From: Candidatus Thorarchaeota archaeon
GTDB taxonomy: Archaea > Asgardarchaeota > Thorarchaeia > Thorarchaeales > Thorarchaeaceae
Length of the DNA: 64,000 bases
NCBI GenBank assembly: GCA_030612005.1
Contig: JAUWOU010000003.1
Coordinates: forward strand, 2,450-66,449
Reading direction: 5' to 3'
Positions 41,231 through 51,078 of this stretch are shown here, piece after piece. Both the position numbers and the translations under genes were made by a program. The notes under the pieces are model-generated. The model worked only from the letters and a program-made list of their open reading frames with translations, searched no databases and was not told the DNA's origin. The stretch's first letter is position 1; each line of letters begins with the position of its first letter.

Positions 41231-41680
41231 ATGAATCAGTCGAAGAACCAAAGCAAAAGAAGAAGAACCATCATGTCTAAGTTATCAGATTTAGCAATAA
41301 TATTTTGGATTATTGGAACCATTTTGATTAATTTATCATTTCTTCTTGTAATAATTATTTCTCCTATTCATTTGAATAATATTATTATTATGATTTCTGG
41401 TTGGATTGTCTGCTTTATTGCATCAATATTTACAATCAAAACAAGAAATGAATATCGAATAATTAAACTGAAAAATGGTTTTCCTCTAAAAATTGTTCAG
41501 CTAATTATATTCATTTGTGCAATGTCGATGGCAATCACTTTTGGCCTAGTGGTAGATATATTGAGTTACAAGTACACGGGTAAATTTAGCCTTAATTACT
41601 GGACATTTGGTTGGATTCTGTTCGCAACTGTAAGTTTTACCATTGTATCCATAAGAATAAGGAGCTATCATCCAAATTAA
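41231..41680 (+). CDS. Small membrane protein in a very AT-rich segment (copy A of a duplicated unit)
   Basis: About 28% GC. 4 TM helices. Its 5' end is homologous to that of 41952..42188, but in a shifted frame. Confidence 0.4.
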   Translation: MNQSKNQSKRRRTIMSKLSDLAIIFWIIGTILINLSFLLVIIISPIHLNNIIIMISGWIVCFIASIFTIKTRNEYRIIKLKNGFPLKIVQLIIFICAMSMAITFGLVVDILSYKYTGKFSLNYWTFGWILFATVSFTIVSIRIRSYHPN

Positions 41681-41712
41681 TGAATAACGAAAAAACCCTA
41701 ATGTACCTCTGA

Positions 41713-41811
41713 GCCTCCGTTCGTATCCTGCTATTAAAGTTCCACTCAAACTGCGGTACTGCACTTAATGGTGCCAAGTTTTGTCCCAACTGTGGAACAA
41801 AGATCGGATAG
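41713..41811 (+). pseudogene. Remnant of a zinc-ribbon gene 3' end (encodes ...NCGTALNGAKFCPNCGTKIG*), lacking a start codon.
   Basis: About 90% nucleotide identity to 41037-41099 (the 3' end of the 40206..41096 gene), plus the same downstream terminator hairpin. An in-frame TGA lies immediately upstream. Confidence 0.6.
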
Positions 41812-41951
41812 TAGAATAATATTGGTTGGGTGTTTTTGCCCAACCAGTTCTCGTTTTTTCTAGATTGAATTATTCAAGTAATTACCCAGACATTGCACCC
41901 TTTTTTCTCAAACCTTAAATCGACTCGTGCCTAAATATTACGTGAACGGGC

Positions 41952-42188
41952 ATGAATGAAACAATCGAAGAACCAATGATGAAGAAGACACCACTCAGAA
42001 AGCGAGTGGGAAAGGTATTGTTTTGGATAGGTTTCATAATCATATTGGTGTCCTTTGTTATTTCTGCGCTGATTGTGGTTGGAATAGTGCTGGTAATCAT
42101 TGGTCTTATTGCGATTCTTTATCCAAGGGACGGCGCAGGAAACGGAATCTGGGTGTTGATGATGAGCCCATTTGCAGGTAGCAATTAA
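41952..42188 (+). CDS. Small membrane protein (copy B of the duplicated unit), N-terminus 'MNETIEEPMMKK'
   Basis: 2 TM helices. The 5' region is homologous to 41227-41280. Confidence 0.4.
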   Translation: MNETIEEPMMKKTPLRKRVGKVLFWIGFIIILVSFVISALIVVGIVLVIIGLIAILYPRDGAGNGIWVLMMSPFAGSN

Positions 42189-42219
42189 TCCTGAAGAGTT
42201 AGCGTATTTTGATACGACA

Positions 42220-42747
42220 TTAATTTTGTTTAATCCAGTGTGAATGTGAGTAATGATAAGTATAATCGATTTCAACTTCCCATTCAGTTCCACATGTTTT
42301 GCATTTGACTATCAGGATATCCATCTGTGTGTCATCATCATATCTGCGGTCGATTTCTTCAAGATCAATCTGATAGGGTGGTACATTGAATCCCCCATCT
42401 TGGTAAACGTTGCAATTGCATTTCGCTCCGGACTCTGCATTACGAAGATGCTCAATGAGATACTCATACTCACTCAGATACGTGTTCTTCCATGTTCCTT
42501 GAAGAGCTTCCAATTTCATTAAACTAGGAATATCACGAAGATGTGCCAGCTGGTGAAAAGCAGCCTTGATAAAATCAGAATTCATTTCATACTGGTAAGT
42601 GGAAACCACCCATCGGCAGAATTCAATTACCAATTCAGATGGTTCTTTCTTGAGGTTTTCAAAGAACTTGCGGCATTCCATTTTTCCTGAAACAACATCT
42701 GTTTGGAATGCTTGTATTATCTTTGAAATCATACTTGTTTGAGCCAA
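42220..42747 (-). CDS. Hypothetical protein with a C-terminal Cys/His cluster
   Basis: 'CNCN...CKTCG' potential zinc site. Confidence 0.4.
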   Translation of the reverse strand: MAQTSMISKIIQAFQTDVVSGKMECRKFFENLKKEPSELVIEFCRWVVSTYQYEMNSDFIKAAFHQLAHLRDIPSLMKLEALQGTWKNTYLSEYEYLIEHLRNAESGAKCNCNVYQDGGFNVPPYQIDLEEIDRRYDDDTQMDILIVKCKTCGTEWEVEIDYTYHYSHSHWIKQN

Positions 42748-42793
42748 ATTAGAACAGATGAGGATTTCTGCTATGTGTAACGTCTATGAGAGT

Positions 42794-44626
42794 CTAGACA
42801 CTTTGTTCGCGGCGGACAAGATACACTGCCGCTCCAATCAAGACAACAGCTGTAGAAGGAATTACAAGCCACTGAAGGTTTAGAGGTTCTGTTTCTTCTG
42901 CGACTTGAGGGTCCGATCCGCGAAGGTACTCCTCAATATTCGTATACTCATCTTCATCCGGATTTTCATACGCATCATTGACCAATGGATTAAGTCCGTT
43001 TGCCAACTCCCAGGAGTCAATCATGCCATCAAAATCGGAATCGTCGTTGAATGGATTGAGACCTAAATTATATTCCTGAAGATTAGTCAAATTGTCAAGA
43101 TCTGGATCATTGAAAGCGTCAAGAGGGTCCCTTGGGTCAAGTCCGATGTCTAATTCCCAAGCATCCGGCATATCATCATTATCGCTATCTGGGCTATTCA
43201 TATCCAGCCCGAGGATAATTTCCATTGCATCCGAAATCGTATCACTATCTGCATCAGTTTCGAAGAGCTCAGTGTCAAGCCAGTACTCTTCACTATCAAG
43301 TACACCATTCTGGTCTACATCAGAGTCGTACTCGATGTAAATATCGATACCAATACTAATTTCCTCAGGATTGTGAACATGCAATTTGTACAGACCAGGA
43401 ATGGTGACGTCCTGATTCATTACTTGTGTGGGCTCCCAAGGTGAAGCCTCAGTGCGTATTGATGTATTGATAATCGAATCATCAGGACCATACAGGATGA
43501 AATGCGCACGGCCACCAAACCATCTACTGGTGATATTGATGCTTGTAGGAGTAGAAATTGGGATATAGAAATCATATGAACTTTCAGATCGGATATTTCG
43601 GGTATCAGTGAGTAAAGTCTTATGACCATAACCCCTACTCATGGTGAAAGCAAGACTCTCACCTATAAACGCAGTTACTTCCCTACCAAGATAGTAATTG
43701 AATTCTCCGCGACTCCAAACATCATTTTGGGTTCCTGAAACCTCATCATACGTATATCCAGATTCATAGACAAGAAGTACATTCTGGAAACCTCTTTCGA
43801 CAAACTTGTATTGACCAGAACTTGTCCATCGTGTAAAGTCAAAACTGGGAATTAACCTGACAACATTGCCACCATAGAAACAACCCATGGTTTTCGCAAG
43901 GTTTGCCCAGTATTGACCTCCAGGATTGTATGCTAGAATTATTCGTTCGTTGGGATCATCCCAACGATTCTGTATTAGTATTGTGTCAACATTGTACATA
44001 GCTAAAATATCAACGCCATCAAGTGAGTATTGATTAGACATTTCGTTGCTTCCGAGGTGTCCTCCCAAAGCGTGTTCACCATTGAATATCATGAATACAA
44101 TATCTAGTGGCCATTCATACTTTGAAAAGATACGTACAAGTTCAAACATGACTGCAATACCGCTACCATCAGTATTTGCACCAGGACTACCATCAGCTGA
44201 ATCATAATGTGCACTTATGACAAAAATGGGGAGATCATCTCCAGGAAGAAAACCCGGAAGAGTTGCGACGATATTCATGAAGGTACCTTCAATTGAGATA
44301 TCTAATCGACCATTCGACAGTATGGTCATTTCCTGTACCAACCAGTTTCGAGAGTCTTCATTAGTACTTCTTGGAATATCTGCGTAGGTCATGATGTATC
44401 GTGAACCGTTCGCTGTAAACTCCTGTACAATCTCTCTGTACCTTGAATAATTGATATCCGAGTATATTTCCTTAGCAATATTCGTATCGTATATTCGTGG
44501 AAGATGCTCTGCTAGTTGAGCAGTTTCAATAGGTTGAATATCATTTGCTGTGGAACTAATAGCATAACCACTTGGTAAAAGTATGAAGACGATCATTACG
44601 ACTGTAATGAACCACAGCTTTCTCAT
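42794..44626 (-). CDS. Membrane-anchored M28-like peptidase-fold protein with C-terminal Asp-rich calcium-binding-type (thrombospondin type 3-like) repeats and a C-terminal TM helix
   Basis: 'NIVATLPGF...FVISAHYDSADGSPGANTDGSGIAVMFEL' M28-like block. Repeated 'D.D.D...D' motifs ('DTDADSDTISD', 'DSDNDDMPD', 'DDSDFDGMID'). N-terminal signal/anchor. Confidence 0.6.
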   Translation of the reverse strand: MRKLWFITVVMIVFILLPSGYAISSTANDIQPIETAQLAEHLPRIYDTNIAKEIYSDINYSRYREIVQEFTANGSRYIMTYADIPRSTNEDSRNWLVQEMTILSNGRLDISIEGTFMNIVATLPGFLPGDDLPIFVISAHYDSADGSPGANTDGSGIAVMFELVRIFSKYEWPLDIVFMIFNGEHALGGHLGSNEMSNQYSLDGVDILAMYNVDTILIQNRWDDPNERIILAYNPGGQYWANLAKTMGCFYGGNVVRLIPSFDFTRWTSSGQYKFVERGFQNVLLVYESGYTYDEVSGTQNDVWSRGEFNYYLGREVTAFIGESLAFTMSRGYGHKTLLTDTRNIRSESSYDFYIPISTPTSINITSRWFGGRAHFILYGPDDSIINTSIRTEASPWEPTQVMNQDVTIPGLYKLHVHNPEEISIGIDIYIEYDSDVDQNGVLDSEEYWLDTELFETDADSDTISDAMEIILGLDMNSPDSDNDDMPDAWELDIGLDPRDPLDAFNDPDLDNLTNLQEYNLGLNPFNDDSDFDGMIDSWELANGLNPLVNDAYENPDEDEYTNIEEYLRGSDPQVAEETEPLNLQWLVIPSTAVVLIGAAVYLVRREQSV

Positions 44627-44766
44627 GGGCGTTCCCGAACGATTCGCTTTAAAAAAGCACTGCTTATCCGCAAGTGAATGTTGGATGTGACCATTACGCC
44701 GAGTTGGTTATATATATGAAACGCAGACCAAGACAATTGACATAAGAGTCTAGAAATCGCTGGTTA

Positions 44767-46530
44767 ATGGTGGAAATGTTGAACAATAAAACTGGATACT
44801 CAAGGTTTCAACAAAAGAAACTTGGGGCATTCTATACTCCACCTCATCTAACCGCACTCATAACAGATGAATCTCTCAATGCGTGGCTTGATAACCATCA
44901 TTCAGATCCTGAAGAAAATCATCAATTGAAAATAGTTCAGAACATCAAGATTCTAGATCCTTCGGCTGGTGCTGGAGCATTTCTTCTATCAGCAGCGGAA
45001 TGGCTTGAAAAAATAAGACAGGAACTTGGTGAAAGAACAAGCATCACGAAGAGACGGGAAGCAATCGTTAGAAACTCACTCTTTGGTGTTGACCTAATCG
45101 GTGATGCTGTTGACAAATGCCGCTCTGAAATCCTTCAATGGGTTACTCCGATTGAGAAGGAGCAACAAGCAATTATTGATTCTGTGCGTGACAATATCAG
45201 GCAAGGAAACAGCCTGACTTCCTTTGACTGGACTAAAAATTTTTCACCAGTTACAACAAGGAAAAATCCTGGATTTGACGTCATACTTGGAAATCCTCCT
45301 TATGGTAATCTTCTGAGTAACGACGAACGTAAGTTCATCCAATCAAAGTATCCCTTCAATGTGGGAGGGAGTAGAACGGGAACTTGGAATAGCGCCGCAC
45401 ATTTCATCGTCAGAGCAAGCATGCTTCTTCGTCAAGATGGAGAACTTGGATTCCTAATCCCGAACAGCATCCTCAGAGTCAAGCAATTTTTAAAAACAAG
45501 ACAGTTTCTCCTTGAGAATCTAAAACTTTGGAAGATTGTTGATGAGGGTAGCCCATTTGACGGAGTAACACTTGAGATGGTTACATTGTTCTGTAGAGGA
45601 CAGAAACCTGGAACCGACGGAGTCATTAAAGTGGAATCTAGAAGACCTGGATTTGAACAGAATAATTCAGTGCCTTTGAAGTTGTTGAGAGCCAGTAATA
45701 TTTTCCCAATCTATCATGATGCAATATTTGAAGCGATTTTAAAGAAGGGTCAGAAGAACATCTTGATTGCGACTAGAGGCCGAGATATTCCCAAGGAACA
45801 TGTTAAACGTACAATAACAAAACCTTACTCTACGCCATATATCACAAGTGGGCGAAGTGTTCGTCGTTATCATATCGATAAGAAATATCAGACCTACACT
45901 GATGACTGGTTCCTAAGAAACAAGGGCTTGAAAGAATCGTTTGATAATGAACTTCTTGTGGCAACGAAAAACTATAGGTATCCTAGATGCGTAATCAAAC
46001 CGCCGGGTACTATTCACGGTGGTGGAATTGTACAAATTAGGCCTTCCTCAAATAGTGTCAACCTTAGAACTCTAGGATTGATTCTAAACTCGAGACTAAT
46101 CCAATATGTTTGTACTCGTTATCTAACAAATTATTCTCAGCTGACAACATGCTTGAATACTGGCATCTTGGAAGAACTCCCCATTATTCTTCCAATATAT
46201 CCAGACACCTATGCATTACTTTTTGATGTACTCTCCATGTTACATCATGAAAAACAAACTTCTGAACGAGAGAGATGCATCAATACTATTGAAACAATTA
46301 GTGAAGCTCTCGTATATGATTTGTATTTTGGAAAAAATGATAAATTGCAGAGAGAAATGATTCTATTGTTAGGCACTGATGAAACCTTCGAAAATGACAT
46401 AACGATTCTCTGTGAGAAAATGAAGAGCAAGTCAGTAGTATTAGAAGCATCAAAAGTGATGAACTGGCCACAGGTTCAACAGATTGAGAATCATCTGAAT
46501 GATAGTCCTGCAAAGTCTCCCAGATACTGA
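44767..46530 (+). CDS. N6-adenine DNA methyltransferase, gamma class (Eco57I/TaqI-like), with a C-terminal target-recognition region
   Basis: Motif I 'ILDPSAGAGAFLLSA' precedes motif IV 'ILGNPPYG'. A TATA-like 'ttatatatat' lies ~50 nt upstream. Confidence 0.8.
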   Translation: MVEMLNNKTGYSRFQQKKLGAFYTPPHLTALITDESLNAWLDNHHSDPEENHQLKIVQNIKILDPSAGAGAFLLSAAEWLEKIRQELGERTSITKRREAIVRNSLFGVDLIGDAVDKCRSEILQWVTPIEKEQQAIIDSVRDNIRQGNSLTSFDWTKNFSPVTTRKNPGFDVILGNPPYGNLLSNDERKFIQSKYPFNVGGSRTGTWNSAAHFIVRASMLLRQDGELGFLIPNSILRVKQFLKTRQFLLENLKLWKIVDEGSPFDGVTLEMVTLFCRGQKPGTDGVIKVESRRPGFEQNNSVPLKLLRASNIFPIYHDAIFEAILKKGQKNILIATRGRDIPKEHVKRTITKPYSTPYITSGRSVRRYHIDKKYQTYTDDWFLRNKGLKESFDNELLVATKNYRYPRCVIKPPGTIHGGGIVQIRPSSNSVNLRTLGLILNSRLIQYVCTRYLTNYSQLTTCLNTGILEELPIILPIYPDTYALLFDVLSMLHHEKQTSERERCINTIETISEALVYDLYFGKNDKLQREMILLLGTDETFENDITILCEKMKSKSVVLEASKVMNWPQVQQIENHLNDSPAKSPRY

Positions 46531-46569
46531 TGCTTAAATAGAGATACACAGCCAGCATCATGATTCAGA

Positions 46570-47178
46570 ATGAAGAAAGAGAAGGATTCCACCGATATGG
46601 CTGAAGATCTTGTTGATGCTATCGATAATGAAGCAGAACAGGAAGACGTTGATGACGGACTTTCGAAAAGGGAACGCTCCATCGAAATAAGTCGAACAGC
46701 TGAACGTGAGAAAAAGGCCCAGAAGTTGAAGAAGCAGCTTCGCAAACGAAGTCTTGGTATGCTCAACTTCAGATGGCCAATGTATCTATTAGTCATAGGT
46801 GGAGTCATAGCAATCATAACTACTTTTCTACAAATTATGGTTCGAACTGCAGCTGTTCCCCCAGAAATTGGATTCTATAACTTTATCGAGGCATTCACTA
46901 TGACCGGTGGAGCAATCTATCTCTTCCCAATAATTGCGGGAGTAATAATGATTATTCTTGGCTTCTTTGCATACACCACTTCTAAGTACGCTTGGTTGTC
47001 TCTAATTCCTGCGATAATGCTCGGAATGGCTGGAGGAACTGTGTATTTCCTAATTACATTCTCTGTGAATAATCAACCAGAACTCACTGGTGAGATATAT
47101 GCATCAATAATACCATTCGTTATGTTTCTTGCAGCAGGACTCAACTTGGTTGCAATCTCGGTAAAAGAAACAGAGTAA
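46570..47178 (+). CDS. Membrane protein with an acidic N-terminal tail
   Basis: 4 TM helices after an 'EDLVDAIDNEAEQEDVDD' segment. Confidence 0.45.
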   Translation: MKKEKDSTDMAEDLVDAIDNEAEQEDVDDGLSKRERSIEISRTAEREKKAQKLKKQLRKRSLGMLNFRWPMYLLVIGGVIAIITTFLQIMVRTAAVPPEIGFYNFIEAFTMTGGAIYLFPIIAGVIMIILGFFAYTTSKYAWLSLIPAIMLGMAGGTVYFLITFSVNNQPELTGEIYASIIPFVMFLAAGLNLVAISVKETE

Positions 47179-47179
47179 T

Positions 47180-47749
47180 CTACTCACTGAGAAAATCATC
47201 AAGGCGACCCTCTTTTTCAAGGATCGTCATCCAGTCAATTCGGATGGGAGCCGCTTCTTCACTGATAAGTTGTTCAATCTTTGATGCAACATCAGCAGGA
47301 GCCATTTCAGAAGTATCAATCTCAAGAACACGATCTTCACCAAATGAATCAAGAGCATCCATCTGACAGACTCCAAGAACTTCAGCCTCAATATTTTCTT
47401 TGACTTTCTCATCTTTGTAATTACGCTTAGCTAATCTTCCTCTAAGAGTTTCAGGATGAGTTCTCAGAATGAACACCCATTGGACTGCACTGCTGGGTAC
47501 AAGGTCAATGTAGTGACCTTCAATAATGAGTCTTTTACCCTTAGGTTCCACTAATTCCACAAGAGCATCGACAAGGCAATCTTCGTCTATTATTCCAGTA
47601 TCTCTCATTTGATCCTTAGCAGAAATACATCCAGATTCATCAGCTAATTCTCCTAGTGAAACAACATCAACACTGAGTATACTTCCAAGGACTTTGGAAA
47701 CCATCGTCTTTCCTGTTCCTGGGGTTCCACCTATCAAAATCGCAGCCAT
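47180..47749 (-). CDS. Fap7/adenylate kinase 6-type NTPase
   Basis: Walker A 'ILIGGTPGTGKT' near the N-terminus; size and layout as archaeal Fap7. The start is placed at the internal ATG (MAAIL...). Confidence 0.65.
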   Translation of the reverse strand: MAAILIGGTPGTGKTMVSKVLGSILSVDVVSLGELADESGCISAKDQMRDTGIIDEDCLVDALVELVEPKGKRLIIEGHYIDLVPSSAVQWVFILRTHPETLRGRLAKRNYKDEKVKENIEAEVLGVCQMDALDSFGEDRVLEIDTSEMAPADVASKIEQLISEEAAPIRIDWMTILEKEGRLDDFLSE

Positions 47750-47895
47750 GAAATGGTTTGGTTTCATTCCCAAGATAAGCTTTGAGTCTGGTACATGAAA
47801 TTTCACTGAGAAACATTTGGGGAAAGCCTTTTCATAACGGATTTAAGAGAAGCATATTGTCGTCAGAATTAAGAGACTATAGAGTGTAGACCAAA

Positions 47896-48402
47896 ATGAC
47901 TGAGTCCTTTAACATCAGAGAATTCAATCCTGATGACATAAGGCATGTAGTCTATGTCAACAAAGAAACACTCCCCGAGAACTACCCAGACCAATTTTTC
48001 ATTGGACTTCATTACCACGCTCCCAAGGCATTCATGGTAGCTGAAGTGAATAACGAGGTTGTGGGTTACATTATGTGTCGAATTGAACGTGGAATCTCAT
48101 CGTTTGGTCGCTTACCAGTGAAGAAAGGACACATTGTTTCTGTAGCAGTTCTAACCAGTCATCGACACAGGGGAATAGGTACAGCTCTGATCAAAGGAGG
48201 CATGGATGCAATGATCGAGTATGGGGCTAGAGAATTCTTCCTTGAAGTAAGGAAAGGCAATGAAGAAGCTGTTTCTGTATACGAAACATTAGGTTACTCT
48301 GTACGTCGTGTTCTTCGAGGATATTATCGTGATGGAGAAGATGCTTATCTGATGGTGGGCAATTCGAATTCCGCACCTGAGGAAGTGAGCGACACTGAGT
48401 GA
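47896..48402 (+). CDS. GNAT N-acetyltransferase, Ard1/RimI-like (N-terminal protein acetyltransferase)
   Basis: 'VSVAVLTSHRHRGIGTALI' acetyl-CoA-binding motif. 168 aa. Confidence 0.75.
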   Translation: MTESFNIREFNPDDIRHVVYVNKETLPENYPDQFFIGLHYHAPKAFMVAEVNNEVVGYIMCRIERGISSFGRLPVKKGHIVSVAVLTSHRHRGIGTALIKGGMDAMIEYGAREFFLEVRKGNEEAVSVYETLGYSVRRVLRGYYRDGEDAYLMVGNSNSAPEEVSDTE

Positions 48403-48445
48403 GCGAATCGAAGTCCCCCTTATTCTCGACTGTGGTCCTTGCATC

Positions 48446-49312
48446 ATGGACAGTTTGAAGATTCTTGTTCCTCTATTGACTCCCGATGAGAACAAACAAG
48501 CAGAGTATTTTGCACTGGCATTCAGACTTCTTTCTGAGGGATATGAGAATCGAACTGAACCGGCCCCCCTCTCAATTGGAATGTACAGAGAGTTGTACAA
48601 CAAGGCACGCAATCAAGACCCCTATGCAGAGATCAAGAGAATCAGTACTGAGGCAGCTCTTAAGGCATTACCAACGATTGATAAAATAATCGAACCTCTA
48701 GAAGGTTATGCACGTTTCAGAGCGTGTTTAGCGTCAACCATTACAGGAAATGTTATTGATTTCAATACTTCAGGCCACGTACCAAATCTTGAGAATCTTG
48801 TGAAAGTATTCAACAGTATCCAAAATGACGGATTTGCTATTGATGACTCGGAGCAGCTATGGAGGTCTCTTCAGGCGCGAACCGGAAAATTGTTGTTCTT
48901 GGCTGATAATGCTGGTGAACATATACTCGATATCCCATTGCTTCGGCTTCTCAAGGACATGGGTTGGTCTGTGACTTTCATTGTCAAAGGACAAGCTATG
49001 ATTAACGATGTTACAATTGAGGAAGTACGCGGAACTGAGATTGAAAAGTTGACTCAGATAGCAGATACTGGCGCCTGGGCTCATGGTGTGCCGATACAGT
49101 GGGTGAGCCGCGAGTTTTTGCAATTAGTTACTGAGAGTGATCTAGTAATTTCAAAGGGTCAAGCTAACATCGAAACCTTTCCTGAAATTCAACGAGAAAC
49201 CAACATTGAAACTTACTACATAACACGAGCAAAATGTCCGCATATCTCACAAGCTGTGGGTGCAAAAAAGGGAGACAGTGTCATTCTTAGGCGGCCTAAA
49301 AGTAATGTTTAA
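48446..49312 (+). CDS. DUF89-family (ARMT1-like damage-control phosphatase) protein
   Basis: 'LFLADNAGEHILD' and an overall layout reminiscent of DUF89. Confidence 0.5.
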   Translation: MDSLKILVPLLTPDENKQAEYFALAFRLLSEGYENRTEPAPLSIGMYRELYNKARNQDPYAEIKRISTEAALKALPTIDKIIEPLEGYARFRACLASTITGNVIDFNTSGHVPNLENLVKVFNSIQNDGFAIDDSEQLWRSLQARTGKLLFLADNAGEHILDIPLLRLLKDMGWSVTFIVKGQAMINDVTIEEVRGTEIEKLTQIADTGAWAHGVPIQWVSREFLQLVTESDLVISKGQANIETFPEIQRETNIETYYITRAKCPHISQAVGAKKGDSVILRRPKSNV

Positions 49313-49417
49313 AAACACAAAACACCGCGAAGCGCTTGTACAGTTTTATCTGGACTGACCGATTTAGTGCGATTGATTCGTATTATCTATCGAGTCAGGA
49401 AATGGAGGAACTAATTT

Positions 49418-51052
49418 ATGAGTCAACAAGTACCGGTGATTGTTTTAAGAGAAGACACCGAGAGAACGCGTGGCCGTGACGCTCAGAGAAACAATATCAT
49501 GGCTGCAATAGTTATTTCTGACGCTGTCAAGTCATGTCTTGGACCAAAAGGAATGGACAAGATGCTAGTGGACAGTTTTGGAGATGTGACAGTTAGTAAC
49601 GATGGAGCAACAATTTTGAAAGAAATGGATGTACAACATCCTGCAGCTAAAATGGTCATCGAGGTTGCAAAGACCGTGGATGCTGAGGTAGGAGACGGAA
49701 CTACTACCGCTGCTATTCTGACTGGAGACCTCTTGAAGCAGGCAGAAATCCTACTCGATAAGGCAATCCATCCAACTACAATCATCAGTGGTTACAGAAA
49801 AGCTGCAGCTAAGGCTTTGGCAGTAGTTGATGATGTTGCAGAAACAGTTGATCCAGCGGCTGCTGATTACAAGAAGATTCTCATTGATGTGGCGAAGACA
49901 TCTATGTCAAGTAAGTTTGTTTCTGGAAATCGTGATACTCTTTCTAAGACCGTCGTAGACGCAGTACTTGCAATTGCAAAGGATATACCCGAGGGTGAAG
50001 AACTCAATATCGAGAATATCCCCCGTCAAAAGCAGACTGGAATGACTGTCGATAAGACCGAGCTAGTAAAGGGTCTTGTTCTTGACAAAGAAGTTGTACA
50101 CGCAGGAATGCCCAAGAAAATCGTGGGCGCAAAAATTGCACTCCTTGAATCAGCTCTTGAAGTATCCAAAACAGAGTTCGACGCAAAAATCTCAATCACA
50201 GATCCTTCAGCTATGACTAGCTTCCTCGACGAAGAAGATCGCATGCTGAAAGAGATGGTGAGCAAGATTGTCGAGTCTGGTGCAAACGTTGTCATTGCCC
50301 AAAAGGGAATTGATGATGTTATTCAGCACTATTTGGCTAAGGAAGGCATCATGGCAGTTCGACGAATCAAGAAGTCTGATGTGGAGAGAGTTCACAAGAC
50401 AACCGGTGCTGCAATTGTTTCAAAGATAAAGAACTTGACTGCAGCAGACCTAGGCAAAGCAAAGATTATCGAACAGAGGGAAGTTGCTGATGACAAGATG
50501 CTCTTCATTGAGGGCACACCAAAGTCAAGCGTCGTCACACTTCTAGTTCGTGGTGGAACTAGCCACATCGTTGATGAAGTAGACCGTGCACTGAACGATG
50601 CACTCTACGTCGTTAGAGATGTTGTTGTACATCCACAAATCAACTACGGTGGTGGTGCACTCGCTGCTGAGATTTCAAAGCAGCTAAGAGACTATTCATC
50701 AACCCTTGTGGGTCGTGAGCAATACGCAGTCAACTCCTTTGCTGATGCTATTGAGTCACTTCCAAACACACTTGCTGAAAACGCAGGGCTGGATCCCATT
50801 GATATTATTGTTAGTCTGAGGAAAGCACACACAGAGGGCAAGGTTAATCACGGCATCAACTACACAAAAGGAAAGGTTGATGACATGAAGAAAGCCCGAG
50901 TTATCGAGGCAGCTGTTGTCAACAGACAGATCATTATGTCTGCTGCAGAAGCAGCTCAAATGATTCTCAAGATCGACGATGTCATCAGCTCAAAGGGCGG
51001 CGGTATGGGAGGCGCTCCTGGCGGCGGAGATTTCGGCGGCGACGACGAATAG
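49418..51052 (+). CDS. ths: Thermosome subunit (group II chaperonin)
   Basis: '[19 protein letters not shown]' and 'GDGTTTA' motifs. C-terminal '[14 protein letters not shown]' tail. GGAGG RBS. Confidence 0.95.
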   Translation: MSQQVPVIVLREDTERTRGRDAQRNNIMAAIVISDAVKSCLGPKGMDKMLVDSFGDVTVSNDGATILKEMDVQHPAAKMVIEVAKTVDAEVGDGTTTAAILTGDLLKQAEILLDKAIHPTTIISGYRKAAAKALAVVDDVAETVDPAAADYKKILIDVAKTSMSSKFVSGNRDTLSKTVVDAVLAIAKDIPEGEELNIENIPRQKQTGMTVDKTELVKGLVLDKEVVHAGMPKKIVGAKIALLESALEVSKTEFDAKISITDPSAMTSFLDEEDRMLKEMVSKIVESGANVVIAQKGIDDVIQHYLAKEGIMAVRRIKKSDVERVHKTTGAAIVSKIKNLTAADLGKAKIIEQREVADDKMLFIEGTPKSSVVTLLVRGGTSHIVDEVDRALNDALYVVRDVVVHPQINYGGGALAAEISKQLRDYSSTLVGREQYAVNSFADAIESLPNTLAENAGLDPIDIIVSLRKAHTEGKVNHGINYTKGKVDDMKKARVIEAAVVNRQIIMSAAEAAQMILKIDDVISSKGGGMGGAPGGGDFGGDDE

Positions 51053-51078
51053 AAAGAGTCAAACGTAGAACGAATCAG

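Noticed and set aside
44767-46530. Possible complete restriction-modification system
   Set aside because: No nuclease-like ORF (PD-(D/E)xK, HNH, etc.) recognised adjacent to the methyltransferase. Called a solitary MTase instead.
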